Below, piece by piece: positions 35,101 through 47,489 of a stretch of 64,000 bases of DNA (positions are counted from its first letter, which is position 1; each line of letters opens with the position of its first letter). The DNA comes from Lama guanicoe (Eukaryota): assembly GCA_013239625.1 (NCBI GenBank), contig MU055269.1, positions 3,535,225-3,599,224 on the forward strand. Direction: 5' to 3'. The position numbers and the translations under genes are program-made. The notes under the pieces were generated by a model. That model did not search any database. It saw only the letters and a program-made list of their open reading frames with translations, and was not told the DNA's origin.

Positions 35101-38100
35101 CGGGGTGACTTCCGCGCCCACGGGAGGCTGAAAGTCCGCCGGAAAGTGCCAGAGCTCTCCTCGCCCCTCTGCAGATGCGGGACCGCACGCCAGCTCGGAG
35201 GACGCTAGCAGGAGGAGGTGGAGAGGCCAGCAGGGTCGCCGGGGCAGGGAGGGGGCTCTGGCGCAGGCTTCCGTTCGCCTGCTGTGTGAGGATGCACGTC
35301 TCCTGCCCTCTCTGGTCCGGTCCAAAGTGAGAGTAGTCGCCCCTCCCCCTCCCAGAGGGCTGGGCAGGAGCTGAGGTCCGCGCCTCGTCTCCCCAGCACA
35401 CGCAGCTGCGCGGGAGGAGTTTGTCTGCGTTACAGGTGCCTGGGAGTCCTGGCCACCGCAGGACGGGACCTGAGTCAGTCCTCCCGAGTGAGACCCGCAG
35501 CCCAGAGGGCACGGGGCGTCGCCGCGAGGACGACCCAGCTGCCTCTGTTGGCACTTGGTCCAGCGGCTCCTCCTCCAGACGGCGTGTTCGGGGCGAGGAC
35601 CCTGCATCAGGCGTCCTAAAGGGAGGTTTCTCACACGTCTGAGCGGTGGTTTGAGTGGTGCGGCGTGGACATGGTGGGGTTCAGTCTGAGACAGAGGGAG
35701 GCTCGTAGGACGCTCGGCGCCAAGACTGCTCGCAGCCCAGAGGTGGCCTTGCCGACCGGCGCTGCCCTGGAAAGCAAGCTCCACCTGGCTGTGTTCTGTG
35801 GCTGTCATCCCTCAGGGGCGCTTTCCCCCAGGTTCATATTTCAGCTCCGACCCCTATCGTCCTGTACTTCCTGGGGCCTCGGGGACGGGCGATGTCAGGA
35901 CCCTGGGTTTTCCTTCATAGTCATTCTTTCCTCACGCAGCTTAAAGTGACTCTATTATCACTGCGTCCAAAGGCCCTATTTAAAGTCAGACACAGAAGCC
36001 ACACTATCACCTTCACCTAGAGTAGGAAGCGGGGCAGCTGGTGATAAGGTCCTGGGACTGATAAGGCCGTGACACTGGCAGGAGACGCCGCCTCCGGGCA
36101 GGGTGGGTGGGGCGTGTGGGCAGCTGCCACACGGAGGTCACACTGAGTAAGAACTCTCCAGGTCTGTCAGGCCTGGAGCAGACGCTCAAAGCCTCCGTGG
36201 ACTTCCTGTGGGGAACAGGGCAGATCAGCAGGCCCTACTCCTGGGGCTTCAGGGCGACGTTCCTGGGACAGCGGCCGGAGGCCCCTCCAGGGTGGGCACC
36301 GCCCTGTGGGCTCTGGACTCGTGTCCCGCGTGTTGGAGCCGAGGCCGTGCTGGGGCTGGCAGCGCGCCGTCCTCCCCGCGCGGTAGAAACAGTGACGGTG
36401 CAGACTGTGGGCTCTTTGCTCGCCTGCATCATCTCCTCCCTTTAAATTTTTTTTCCTAAAGCACATTAAAGCTGGTATAGGAAAAGTTTTGGTTTTGTTT
36501 TGTTTTTAACTCAAACAGAATGCCGTGTTTGTATGTGTGTTGGGGGGTGGTTTGCTGTACACAGTAAAGGAGAGGCGTGGCTTCCTCAGCCTCCCCTGCC
36601 ACAGGGACCCCGTGTCCTGTGTGGCCATGCAGACCAGGATGGTGAGGGTGGACCCTTGCGTCCATCCCCCTTGGCGCCGGCCTTTCCTGACTTTCCTAGT
36701 AAGCATCAAGGAAGAACTGTTGCTGCCCGCCCTGCAGGTCGGCGCAGGGAGCGGTCTGCAGGGCCGGGGGCGTGCAGGTGGCAGGGCCGGCCCCGCAGGT
36801 CACCCGGCCCCGGCCCGGCCTCCTCGCCGGCTGCCCCGGGGCACTGGCTGAGTCCCGTGGTCTGTCCGTCCACAGGGTCCATGGTCAGGCCGCCTGTGGT
36901 ACTTCCTCACATGAGAATAACACGTGCAAGGAGCCGTGAGGCCGTGTGAGAGGTGGGCACGTCAGTTCCTTCAGTCCTTAAAATCTGATCTGAGATCCTT
37001 AGTTGCGTCTGGAAGCCAAGAATTCAGACACGGGAGGACCGTGGCTTAAAGGCTGGCCCGCGAAGCGGGGAGCACCTTAAACCTATGCAGACGCCCACCG
37101 CTCCTTTCAGGCCTGCCCTGTCCTCAGCACGGCCACACGGCCCCGCGTGGAGCCTGAGGCGTGAGCTGGGGCGTCTCCCGCAGCACGAGGCTCTGAGGTC
37201 GGCTTTCCCTGAGCGCTGGGCGACGAAGAAAGTCACGTGTGAAACAGCGCTTTACTTAAACAGCGCTTCGCCTTGCTGGTTGGTGCCGGCTCGCCTGTGA
37301 GCAGCGCAGGGTCTTTACGTGGTGTCCGGAAGGACGCTGGCCCTGCGCTCCGACATGACGCGAGCACAGGCGGGAACTGTGCCTGCACCTGTACGTGTTA
37401 GCTCCTGTGCTTTACAGAGTGCTTCCTTTCGCTCAATTCCAGATATAAATGTAGAGGTGGATCTGGGGGGGGGGGGCACAGATCCCAGATTGAAACAGCA
37501 ATTCTAACTGCCACATGAGTTTTAGGGAAAAAACAAGTTTCCACCTTAGGAGCGTTTTAGAGAAAAATTAAATATAAGGGAAAAACCCTTCTTGTTAAGT
37601 TAAATTGTGGTGTAACAGCTCCCCACATCCTGTTGTGGGGACGTCTGACGCTCAGCAAAGCGAAGGTTCCTCTTTCAGGTCTCTGACGATCCCGGGGGGT
37701 CACATGTTACCTGCAGTTCAAAATACTCCTGCAGAGAAAAACCTCTGTGTCGGTGGAAAAGCTGAATAAGGAGGTGGAAATTATCAGCGGAGAAAAGACA
37801 CTGTGGGAAACCGTAGGTGGTGTCGGCACAACCATATCAGAGAGGAGCCACCCCCGAAGTAACCGCACGCAGCCCGGGGGCAACGGGGCCTGATACGGAC
37901 CCGAAACCGTGACCTCACGGAGGGGAGATAGGAAGTCGTGGCCTGGAGGGGAGCGGGGCCTCGGGACCCTGTGCTCTTGTTCTCAGCCGCCCGCAGGGAC
38001 CACCTGACCCTGGTCAGCCCTCCCCAGATGTCTCCTTTCCTCACCCATCCGAGTGGGAATCGGCATGGCGTCCGTCCCCCAGGGCTCCTGCCAGACTGTG

Positions 38101-40701
38101 TCTGTGCAGAAGAGGGCAGCCCTGGGCGCCCACCCTCGGCTGTGTGGGTGGTGGGGTGGGGCCTCCCCCGCCTGCACTCTCTGTCCACTCTGCCTGCCCT
38201 GCTCAGTCCCCTGGGGCACTCGGGGGAGATCCAGGACATTTGTGCATGTGTGGTGATTCTTGAGTGTGTTCCTAAGATGCATGAAACAGAGGCCCCAACC
38301 TGACGTGGGGTAGGGGGAGATTTCCTGGCTCGGACCACGTGGGACTGGAGGGCCCAGCACCTCCAGCCCCAGGTTATCAGGGAGGCAGGGCCCGTCCTCG
38401 GCAGAGACCACCAGCCCTCAGTGATGGGCCAGGGGGTCTCGCTCCCCAGGGGATCCTGACGGCCCCCGACGGGACAGATGCCGGGCCGGGCACCACCCAC
38501 GGAGGAGCCGTGTCACGGCCTCCTGTCTGCGCCTGGACGGCTCCCACCACGCTGAGCGATTGCCCCACGCGCACCAGCGCGGGCGCCCCCTCCAGGGCCC
38601 AGGTGCCCCCGTGGGCCGCGAGGGGAAGCCCACAGCCACTGCTGCTTCTGCTTTTCTCTCATCAAACAGAAGTTCTTCTTCCTGTGGTCTGTTCGACCCT
38701 GAGTAACAAGCGGCTCACAGCTCCCTTGCTTACTGCCTTATGACCCTCAGGCCCCCCTCCCAGTCCCCTGTGTTATGACCCTCGGGCGCCCCTCAGACAT
38801 TCTGCAACTGCCCATTGCTGACTTTCCAGAATCAGACTTTGGGTCTGGGACTTATGTTGTTCTGAAAATGGGCTGAGGCCAGCCCAGACGCGCGGTGTGG
38901 GGCACGGTATGACTGAAAGAGGGACCTCTCCTTCAGGTGGGACCCCATCCAGGAAATCTCCCCCTACCCCGGATCGAGGCAGCCTCCCGGCCCCATCTCC
39001 ACCCTCCCAGCAGCACCCAGCGCCCTGTGGGAGGGACACTGACCGCGTGCGGCCCCAGACCTTTTATTTAACCTGAAAACTGGTTAGGAGGACCCGCTGG
39101 GCCCGCCTAGGGTTGTTTTAGGATGGAATGCGAGGGTGGCCGTGAGAGCGATCTGTGAAGCGTCTGGTGCTGCATGAATAAACTGTGATGCCCTCCGGGG
39201 TGCCGGCGTCATCGCCTTGTCTTGGGGGCGCTCGGCACATACGCTCCGTGCCTTTCTGGTTTGTTCCCCTCACTCTGCCTGGTTCAGAGACGTCCTGCCT
39301 GCAGGTGCGCCTTTTCCCCACACAGATAAAACCCCGAAGAGGCTCGGGCCTTGTGCCTGTCCTTCATCAGGATGTGCTTTCATGGCCGCATCCTGCACAG
39401 CGAACCTGGGACCCGCGTCTCTTCAAAAACAAGTGAGATGGAGGAAGCGGAGGGAGCCGCGGTCTCTGGTTCCCCTCTGCACTCGGTGTGAACAGGACGA
39501 GGGAGAGCGTGGCTGACGCCTTGACGAGCGTGCAGAGAACCGGCCGTGGCCTCGGGACACGCGGCCTCCTCCGCAGCCAGGACACACCGGCCGCAAAGCT
39601 GGCCCTCTGGGCCTTCCCGCGTGAAGCCAAGGCCCCTGGGAGGACGTGCGGGGTCTGTCGGCCCACCGTGTCCTCATGCCCACCTCAGGGCTCCTGGGTT
39701 TGCGCTGAGAGGGCTGGTCACGCTGGCACCCCTCCCCGCGGCGGGTGGCCAGTGGCACTGTCCCCTGGGACCGTGCCAGCAGCCCCACGGGAAGGGTGGG
39801 GGTCTGGGCTCCGCGTGCGGGGCCTGGCTGTGACCTGAGCCAGCCAGCCAGTTATCAGTTCCCATGACACAAGTCCCCCATTCCTCGCTGCACTTTGTTA
39901 TTGTTATTCTTGAAAACAGCTGGGGGGTGTTGAAAGGGAATTTGGGGGTGGGACGCACTGCCACTGATTGTCCAGGAAGCCGCCCTGGAGGGCCGGGGCC
40001 TCTACAGAAACACCCGGGCTTTATCTGCGCGGAGGGAAGCCCGGCAGTTCCGTGACGTGAGTGCATCCCCACCTCGGGGTTCTGCTGGGAGGGTGAGCGG
40101 CGGTGACAGCCTCCCCGGCGACATTTGCCCGATCAGGTGGGGTGGAGGCGGGATGTTGTGCAGTCCACTCCTGACGGCCTCTGCCAGCTTCGCTCATTTC
40201 CTCCCCGGCTGCCAAAAATCACATGCCGGTACCGACCCGGACACGGGAACAGAAGTGAAGGAAGAGCCCCAAGCTGGGGGGGAGTCGGCCCTCCTCTCCG
40301 TCCTCTGACAGCAGGGCCAGGGAGAGGGTGGTCACGAGCCTGGGCTTCCACTGCGGGGGGCGGGGGCGCCTGCTGCTTTTGCAAACCTGTGGAACCTGGA
40401 GAAGACGCTCCTGGCTCCTGGATCAGCACCGCTTTGGCATCGAAGCTCCAGGCCGGTCGGCGCCTGACTGTGTCTCTGGCCAGAGCAGTGTCTCTGCGTC
40501 ACCAGGTCCGGGGCAGCTGCGTCCTGCCGGCTCAGGACACTTCGGGGGCCCAGGTGGGAAGCTGAAGGACTGCTGGGTCCTCTGGGGGTCACTTCTCCAC
40601 AGGCTGAACGTGACTGACTGATGGAATTTCTGGTGATTTACGTTAGCATCTACGCAGAGTGTGGTTTCTCTAAGGCTTTCTCTGTCTTTGTTTTCTTGCA
40701 G

Positions 40702-40751
40702 TAAATGAAATAATACGAAACGACCTCTCCAGCACGAACATCCACTCCTAG
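40702..40751 (+). CDS. NFATC1: NFATC1 last exon, coding part: (V)NEIIRNDLSSTNIHS*
   Basis: Long T/C tract and CAG acceptor ending at 40701. G+TA AAT GAA ATA ATA CGA AAC GAC CTC TCC AGC ACG AAC ATC CAC TCC TAG matches the recalled NFATc1/C end VNEIIRNDLSSTSTHS. Too short for the ORF track. Confidence 0.96.
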
Positions 40752-42455
40752 GTGGCGACGTCGGACTCTGAGAAGCCGCGTGATGTCGCCTTGACAGTGA
40801 CAACTTCTGCGTAAACAGACTGAGCTCACACCTGGTGCCACTCAGAACTCCCACCTTCTTGAAGGTTTTAGCATTTGTACAAAGAAGGAGCTCGAGGGAG
40901 GAAGGAACGACCACTCCACCTTCTGAAGGAAAGTCATCTCAAGGAGGAAGTGAAAGTGGGGGGGGGAGTGCAGGAGACAGACCGCGGGCGGCTCCCCGCG
41001 ACCTGGCGGCCGACCCCAAGCCGTACCCTTCGGGCACCCCTGGAGCTCATACTGGAAGTGCCTTATTCACCCAGACCACAGCATCAGGGCATCATAGGGC
41101 TGAGCGCTGAACTTGCTACCAGGAGGGCGTGTGTAGGAGCGAGCCTGTAAAGACGCCTCGTCACCAGGCTTTGTCCCTGTGTACGCTGAGAGGGCTGGGC
41201 ACTGTGGGAAAACCCAACACTCGTCTCCTACTTTTTTCGGCTTTCCTGGGCTGGACGTGTTCAGTGCGTCTCAGAGCTCTTCCAGTGTGTCATCTCAGTG
41301 CTTTCAGGACATCGTCCCCTCCGTGTTACTCAAACCGTAGGGCTGTTCGTTGCAGCATGCTAGGTCTTTGTGTTTAATCTGCCTTTGAACATAGCACCCA
41401 GGAGTGGAATAGCACAAGATAGGTTGCTGGGCAGAAAAAGAGACCTGTCCCAGGACAGAGCTGGCACCTGCACGTGCGCACATGCGTAGGTGAATGTTTG
41501 TGTGTGAGCAGCAGCAGAGGTGGTGACGCTCAGGCGGCGCCCGGCACGGACATCCGTGTCAGCAGTAGCCAGTGTCCCGCCTGGAAGATGCACCAGGGCT
41601 GCACACCTGGCTTCCCAGCCATTTCCGCGGGGCGTCACGCCCGACAGGTCTGCATTTTATCTCCTCGAGCAGGTGACCGAGCACTTTAGAAGCCCGGAGA
41701 CCTGTGTTCACAACATCGTCTGTTACCAAATGGCAAAATTGGAAAGTAACTGTAAATAACATTACAGAAGGAGTGTAATATATTTGTTCAGCTGTAAGAT
41801 GATTATTTCACAGAAGCCTTATAACTGCTTCATGTAAGAAAACAGTTACCAAAAACAGCGTTTGAATATGCGGCGACTGTGGTGTGTTTCCAGCTTAGTT
41901 GCTCTTAACAGGTAGGTTAGCGTAAGCTTTACTCTGCGTTTTGTCCAATTAACAGCTTATCACACATTATCGCCAGCAGAGACCCGTTGTTTCACGTAAC
42001 CAAAAAGCATGGTTTAGTTAAAACGGTTCAGCTAACAACTGTGCCTTAGGAACTCACGCCCCCTCGTGGGACGCAGCTGAATCGCACCCGGGGGGCGGCC
42101 GGGACGCATCCAGCCCAAGATGGGCGCTCGCCCACAGGAAGAACCACTCTCGCGGCGTTCTTCTGCACGGTGACGTCTCGCTTTGTTTGAAGCCACAGAA
42201 AGACACAAACATCTGAAAGCCTTGCCTGTAACGTTTACACAGGACTGTGAATCGCTGAAGATCTGTGGCTTCTTGTCTGTAACAGAGTCCTGCCCCTGCC
42301 GCCCGCGACCCCGGCCCACCCTGCGTGTGGCCGCGTGAGACCTGCACGGAACACTTCTGGGTAGACTGCCTCGGGAGAGGACGTGTCTGCCTCTGTGCCG
42401 GCTGTCTCTGTAGCTAGAGAGTAGACCCAATAAAGCGCTGTGTTCTGCTGGACGG
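40752..42455 (+). other. NFATC1: Long 3' UTR of NFATC1 isoforms B/C (3' end approximate)
   Basis: Runs from the stop codon to AATAAA at 42429-42434. Contains AU-rich blocks (41340-41430, 41720-42050) and miRNA/Pumilio motifs. Confidence 0.8.
42429..42434 (+). terminator. NFATC1: Distal polyadenylation signal (pA2)
   Basis: AATAAA ~1.7 kb after the stop, followed by GT-rich sequence (TGTGTTCTG...GTGTGTG). Confidence 0.8.
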
Positions 42456-43864
42456 TCGTGGTCTGAGGCTGATTCAGTCCGTGTGTGCGGAGTTCCTCTT
42501 TGTTCCCCAGCGTGTTTCCTGCTTTGGGTCCTGCACCTCCGCCGCCTGTAAGAGGCTTTCCGTCGTGAGGCTGTCGCCTTGCCAGGGCAGCCGCTGTCTT
42601 CCTCGAACGCTGGAAGACCGGCCCTGGCGGGATGGTGGTCGCCGGGGCCCCGGGCGCTCCCAGCAGCCCCTCAAAACCGTCTGCCCGGCACGTGGAGCTT
42701 GTGCCGCTGCCGCAGGTTCCTGCCGGGCAGGCCTCCCACACTCCACGCAGCCCGTCCGCCACCCCGCCCCCAGGAGGCGGGCCTGCGAGGCCTCCCGGCT
42801 CCACCCAACCCCCCACCCCCCAGCCCCCCACCTCCTTCCAGCCTGGGTGGGAGAACGTTACCGGGGTGCTCAGAAGCCCAGCGTCACGGCTGGAGCTTCT
42901 CCAGTCACTACTGTCTGATCTGTGGGGGCACTGGTTTGCTTTCTGGACTTTAATATGCAAGGACTCCTGTGTCTGGTTAGGTTTACAGATGGAGCTAAAA
43001 TACTAGAAAAATCTCATCGACGCAAGTAGCAAGCATCCTTCCACCGGTTTCTGTGCTGACATGTTGGCAGGAAGCCCCACACAGGCCACGGAGCTTCGGG
43101 AACCGGGGAGACGGGGGGTCTGGCAGTGGCTGTGGAGAAGACGGGGCTCGCTGGCCGTCAGCATGAGTTTTTGTCCCCTTTATGCTGGTTATGAGAATTA
43201 AGGAAAACACCAGCTTATTTCTAGCAAACAGGTAAGTGTTTTGCCCTCAGGTGTGCAGACCCGAACTGAGACCACATCCTCCTGGGGAGCTGAGGGCCGC
43301 TGACCGCCCTCGACCCCTACCCAAGGCGTCCTCAGGGGCCTCAGGGGACACACAGCCCAGAGCCGTCTACACTGGCCGAGCTGGGCGGCCATGGGGGGCC
43401 CGTCGTGACTCACTCCTACCCCTGCCGGTGCCCGTGATTCCAGCCCTTCCCCGGTGTGAATCCGGGCGGTGTGGGAAAAACCTGACTGACAGCAGATTTC
43501 ACCTCGTGACCAAGGGCAGGCTAAGCACACGCCTGAAGGGTGTGTCCAGATCTGAGTGGTCGGGTCCCCAGCGGGCTGGGTGACTTTCCACAGCACTCGG
43601 GGTGTGTGGGCCCCACTCTGGCTTCAGGGAGGGACCCCTGTGACCAGCTGCTCTGCCAACCCCACGACACCCCGGTGCAGGACCCCAGCCAACCACGTCG
43701 CGAGGAGGCGTCTCTGTGCCGCCTAGTTACACACTTCCTCAGAAACACGCTCCGGTCGCAGGAAGTCAGCTGCACTGAACTGCCGTGTTTGGGGGGAGAG
43801 ACTGAAGGAGGGACGACGGGAGGGGGTTGAAGCTGAGAAAACAGATGGGAGGGAGGTCTTGGCT

Positions 43865-44390
43865 CCGTTTGTTTTAAGTTAAGGTAAAATTCACGTGCGA
43901 GGGAATGAACCACGTTCAAGTGCACAGTCCCCAGGCACTCAGCGCATTCACGGGGTCGCCTTCACAGCCACCACCTCTGCCTCGTCACACGCTGCTTTCA
44001 TCGCCCAGAAGGAAGCCCTGTGCCCACGAGCAGCCCTCCGTCCCCTCCCCCGCCCCCGGACCACCAGTGAGTCCGTGTCCCTGGATCTGTGTGCTCTGGA
44101 CCCACGTAAATGAATTGTGCACTGTGGCCCCTCACTGGGCACAGTGATTTCAAGAGGCATCTACGTCATAGACCATCCCTCTTCCCTGTGGCCAAACACC
44201 GTCCGCCGTGTGGTCGGACCGCACTCCGTTTGTCTGCTCGGCAGTCTGGGCGCCTGCTGGCTTCTGTGTAGGAAGCTGCTCCGAATATTTGTGCATAAGT
44301 TTGGTTCCCGTCCCTGTTTCCAGGTCTTGGGGATACGTGCCTACGGGTGGAATTCCTGCGTAATACCGTAACTGTGCGCTTTGCCCGGTT
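43865..44390 (-). mobile_element. Ancient L1 3'-end fragment (L1MB/MC-like)
   Basis: TTAAGGTAAAATTCAC...CACGTTCAAGTGCACAGT...CATTCAC...ACCACC and GCTGCTCCGAATATTTGTGCATAAG resemble the reverse complement of an L1M 3' terminus. Confidence 0.7.
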
Positions 44391-45686
44391 TTTAGATTAT
44401 CCATCCCTAAGACAGCCCTGCATCACTAATCTAATCTGGACTCGCATACGTGAGCGCGTCATATCTGTACTTGTTTACGCCAGAGATATTAAGTTAGCCG
44501 AGGATGACGAAGTGGTCATTCACACCACAGCGGGAAGCAGCCTCGCCCTCGCCCGCCCCCAGCCCCTGGGGTAGAATCGAGCTGCCCTGGGCTCCTGCCA
44601 GGACCCCGGGGCCTCGGCCTGTGAGTCTGAGTCACTCGAGTGGTGCCAGCCGAGCCCCAGACCACACGTGTGTGTTTTGCGCCGCACACACAGTTACGAC
44701 AGCAGTGGAGGGAGCCTTGCGAGACCTCCGGTGCCGTCAGAAGCGAGGTTCCTGAGGTGCAGAGCTGCCGCGGGCGTCTCCCACCGCCTCCCTGCTGGCT
44801 GGGGACTCCGCCTCGCGGCCCGTGTGCAAACACAGCTGCAGACCACTGGCACCAGCTTCCAGCAGCTGCCGAGCTTCCAGCGCTCTGGGACCAAGGTGGG
44901 GCCCAGGCGGGGCTGAGCTGGGTGACCAGGGCGCTTCCGTCTGCGGCGGCCACTCCTCTTTTCTGAAAAGGAGCTCTGAGCCGCAGAGGGTCCGCGCCGC
45001 AGCGCCCCTCGCTCTGGCCTGGAGCCCTGTTCCAGCCAGGTGAACGATGACCGTGCTTAGTGTCAAGTGGAGAAGAGGGTTGAATTAAAGCGCTCCTTCA
45101 TTAGTGGGGTGTTACTGTTAGTAGTCTGGCTTCAAACGGTGGCTTTCTGCAGCTCCTCTTGTGGTGCAGTTTCAACCTGCGAATAGGGGCGTGTGCAGAC
45201 GGGGTGAACACACGAGTCTTCCTTGTAGGAAACTGCACCTCGCTCCCCGGTGTCTGGGCAGGCCCGAATCCTACTGGGAGCGTCGCCCCAAATCCTCCGC
45301 CTCCCTTTACAGCCTCCCACTCTCCCCCATCCTCCCCGATCACTCAACCTCCTCTCCCTTCAGAAACCAAAGAGGCAGAGGTTGCGGAAGATGGTCAGGG
45401 CTGAGAGGCTGGCCGGGGAAGTCCATGCCCTTCCTGGTCACCTTGTTTGCATCTGACAGCTGGAAGCGGGGCAGCCCTTCAGCCCCATGCGGTGCAGAGT
45501 GAGGGGACGGGCAGCCGCTTCCTTCTGCGGACACCTCGGTCTGGCTGGAGTGTTGGTGACGCTGGTCATAGAGTGAACGGCCTGGAACAGCTTGTTGGAA
45601 CTGGCACGGCGGGGTTCGTCGGGCCTGCAGTTGCCTCTGCGGGAAGGTTTATAATATAAATTCCGTTTCTTTCTCTTTAAAAAAAA

Positions 45687-45800
45687 TTTTTTTGGAGGTG
45701 AGGGTAATTATATGTATTTATTTAATGGAGGTACTAGGAATTGAACCCAGGACCTTGTGCATGCTCGGTGTGTGCTGTACCACTGAGCCACACCCTCCCC
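45687..45800 (-). mobile_element. tRNA-derived SINE (Vic-1-like)
   Basis: Reverse complement reads GGGGAGGGTGTGGCTCAGTGGTACAG...CCTGGGTTCAATTCCTAGTACCTCCATTAAATAAAT. Target-site duplication core TAAATTCC at 45657 and 45803. Confidence 0.9.
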
Positions 45801-47489
45801 ACTAAATTCCATCTCCTTAATAGATACAGAGTCGTTTAGGTTTTCACCTGTCTCTCGGGCGAGCCGTGGTGGTCCATGTCTCTCAGGGAATTTGTCCGTT
45901 TCGTCTAAGTGGTGGCACGACGCCGCTGGTGGCGCTGTCCTGTGCTGTCCTTTCAGTCTGCGTAGGGTCCGTCGTGAGTCCTCGCTCTCGTCCGGGTCTC
46001 CTCTCTCCCTCCCCTTTTCCTGGTCAGTCTGACTGAAAGCTTATCTTTTATTGATCTTTTCGAAGAACTGTCTTTTGATTTCACTGATAAACTCTGCTCT
46101 TTACTATATCCTTTCTTCTTACTTTGTTTCATTTGCTCCTCCATCTAGTTTCTTAAGACAGAAGCTGAAATCCTCCATTTGAAACGTCTTCCCCAACGTG
46201 GGCGTTTGGCGCTATCAGCTCACCTCCAAGGTCTGCTTTAGCTGCTTCCCGCAGATTTTAATATGTTACATTCTCCTTTTGTTCAGTTCAGAATTCTTGC
46301 TAACTTTCATCTAACTTAGTTTTGACCCATTGAGAAGCACATCATTTAGTTTTCAAGTATTTGGAGACGTCCCACATTTCTGGCTTAACGCCACTGTTGC
46401 TTGGAGGACGTAGTTTGGATGAGGTAGTTTTTATGTTCACTGAGTCCTGCGTCAGGGTCCAGAGGGGCCGTCGTGGCGAATGTTCCTGAGCACCAGTGAG
46501 CAGCGCACTCCGCGCTGGTGGCGAGCGTTCCCTGGCTTCCCCCTGGTCAGGTCGGTCAGCAGTGCTGTTGGGTCTTCTGGATTCTTCCTCATCCACTGCC
46601 TCCTTGTCATGTGAATTATTAAGAGAGAAGGTGGAATCTCTGGTGTAACCATGGCTTCATTTGCTTCTGCTGCAGCTCCGCCCATTCCGCTGAGGGCGTC
46701 TCAGAGCTCTTTACTTAGGGCTGTGCAGGTTCCTCGGTGTTGCTGCGTGCTCCAGGCTGACTGATGCGTGATTGCGCCTTATCCTCTTCATCCCTGGCGA
46801 TACCTTTTGCTCTAAAACCTACCTGAGCTGATACTAATCTGCTTAGTGTTAGCATGTACACATTTGTTCACTTCTTTGAATTTTAGCCCTTTTATGACAA
46901 CGTATAAACCACGTGCTGGCATACGGTCTGGTCTTACTTTCTGCCGTCTTGTTTATTTTCTGCTTAATGCGTTTCCTCCCCATTTGCCCTTCCCTGTCTC
47001 CCTTTGGATTGAGTATTTGTTATAATCCCAGATCTGTCTCCCTTGCTGGCTAATTAGCCGCAGTCTTTGCTATTTTACTTTAGTGCTTGTTAGGGTCTGT
47101 AGGTAACATCTTTGACATCAGAGCTTACCTTCCAGTGACACAAAACTGCGTCGCAGGTCACATGAGACCCTGACGCCACGTCTTCCCGTCTCTGCTCGCA
47201 GCCCTTGTGCTGTTTGCTGTCAAGCTCTGCTCCTGTGCATGCTACGAACCCCACAACACACCGTTATTATTTCCCTTTAAAGAGGAATTCTCTTTTGAGA
47301 GAGTTAAATGATAAAGAATTAGAAATATTTCACATTCCCGTGTGGCTGCCCCTCCCCGTGCGGCCATGGCTTTGTAGACCGACATTTCCATCTGGTGTGT
47401 CTTCCTGCAGAACTTCCTCTGACGTCTGGCAGTGGTGCTGAGAAAGTTCAGCTTTTGTATGTGTGGAAAAGTGTTTATTTTGTCAGGTT

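Noticed and set aside
34867-35808. 313-aa minus-strand ORF, and similar 200-280 aa ORFs at 6299, 16502, 37784, 42235, 52754 and 55792
   Set aside because: Low-complexity GC-driven composition, mostly non-ATG starts, no recognisable homology.
38243-39176. Three TGCATG (RBFOX) motifs upstream of the last exon
   Set aside because: They are 1.5-2.5 kb from the acceptor and not clearly above chance frequency.
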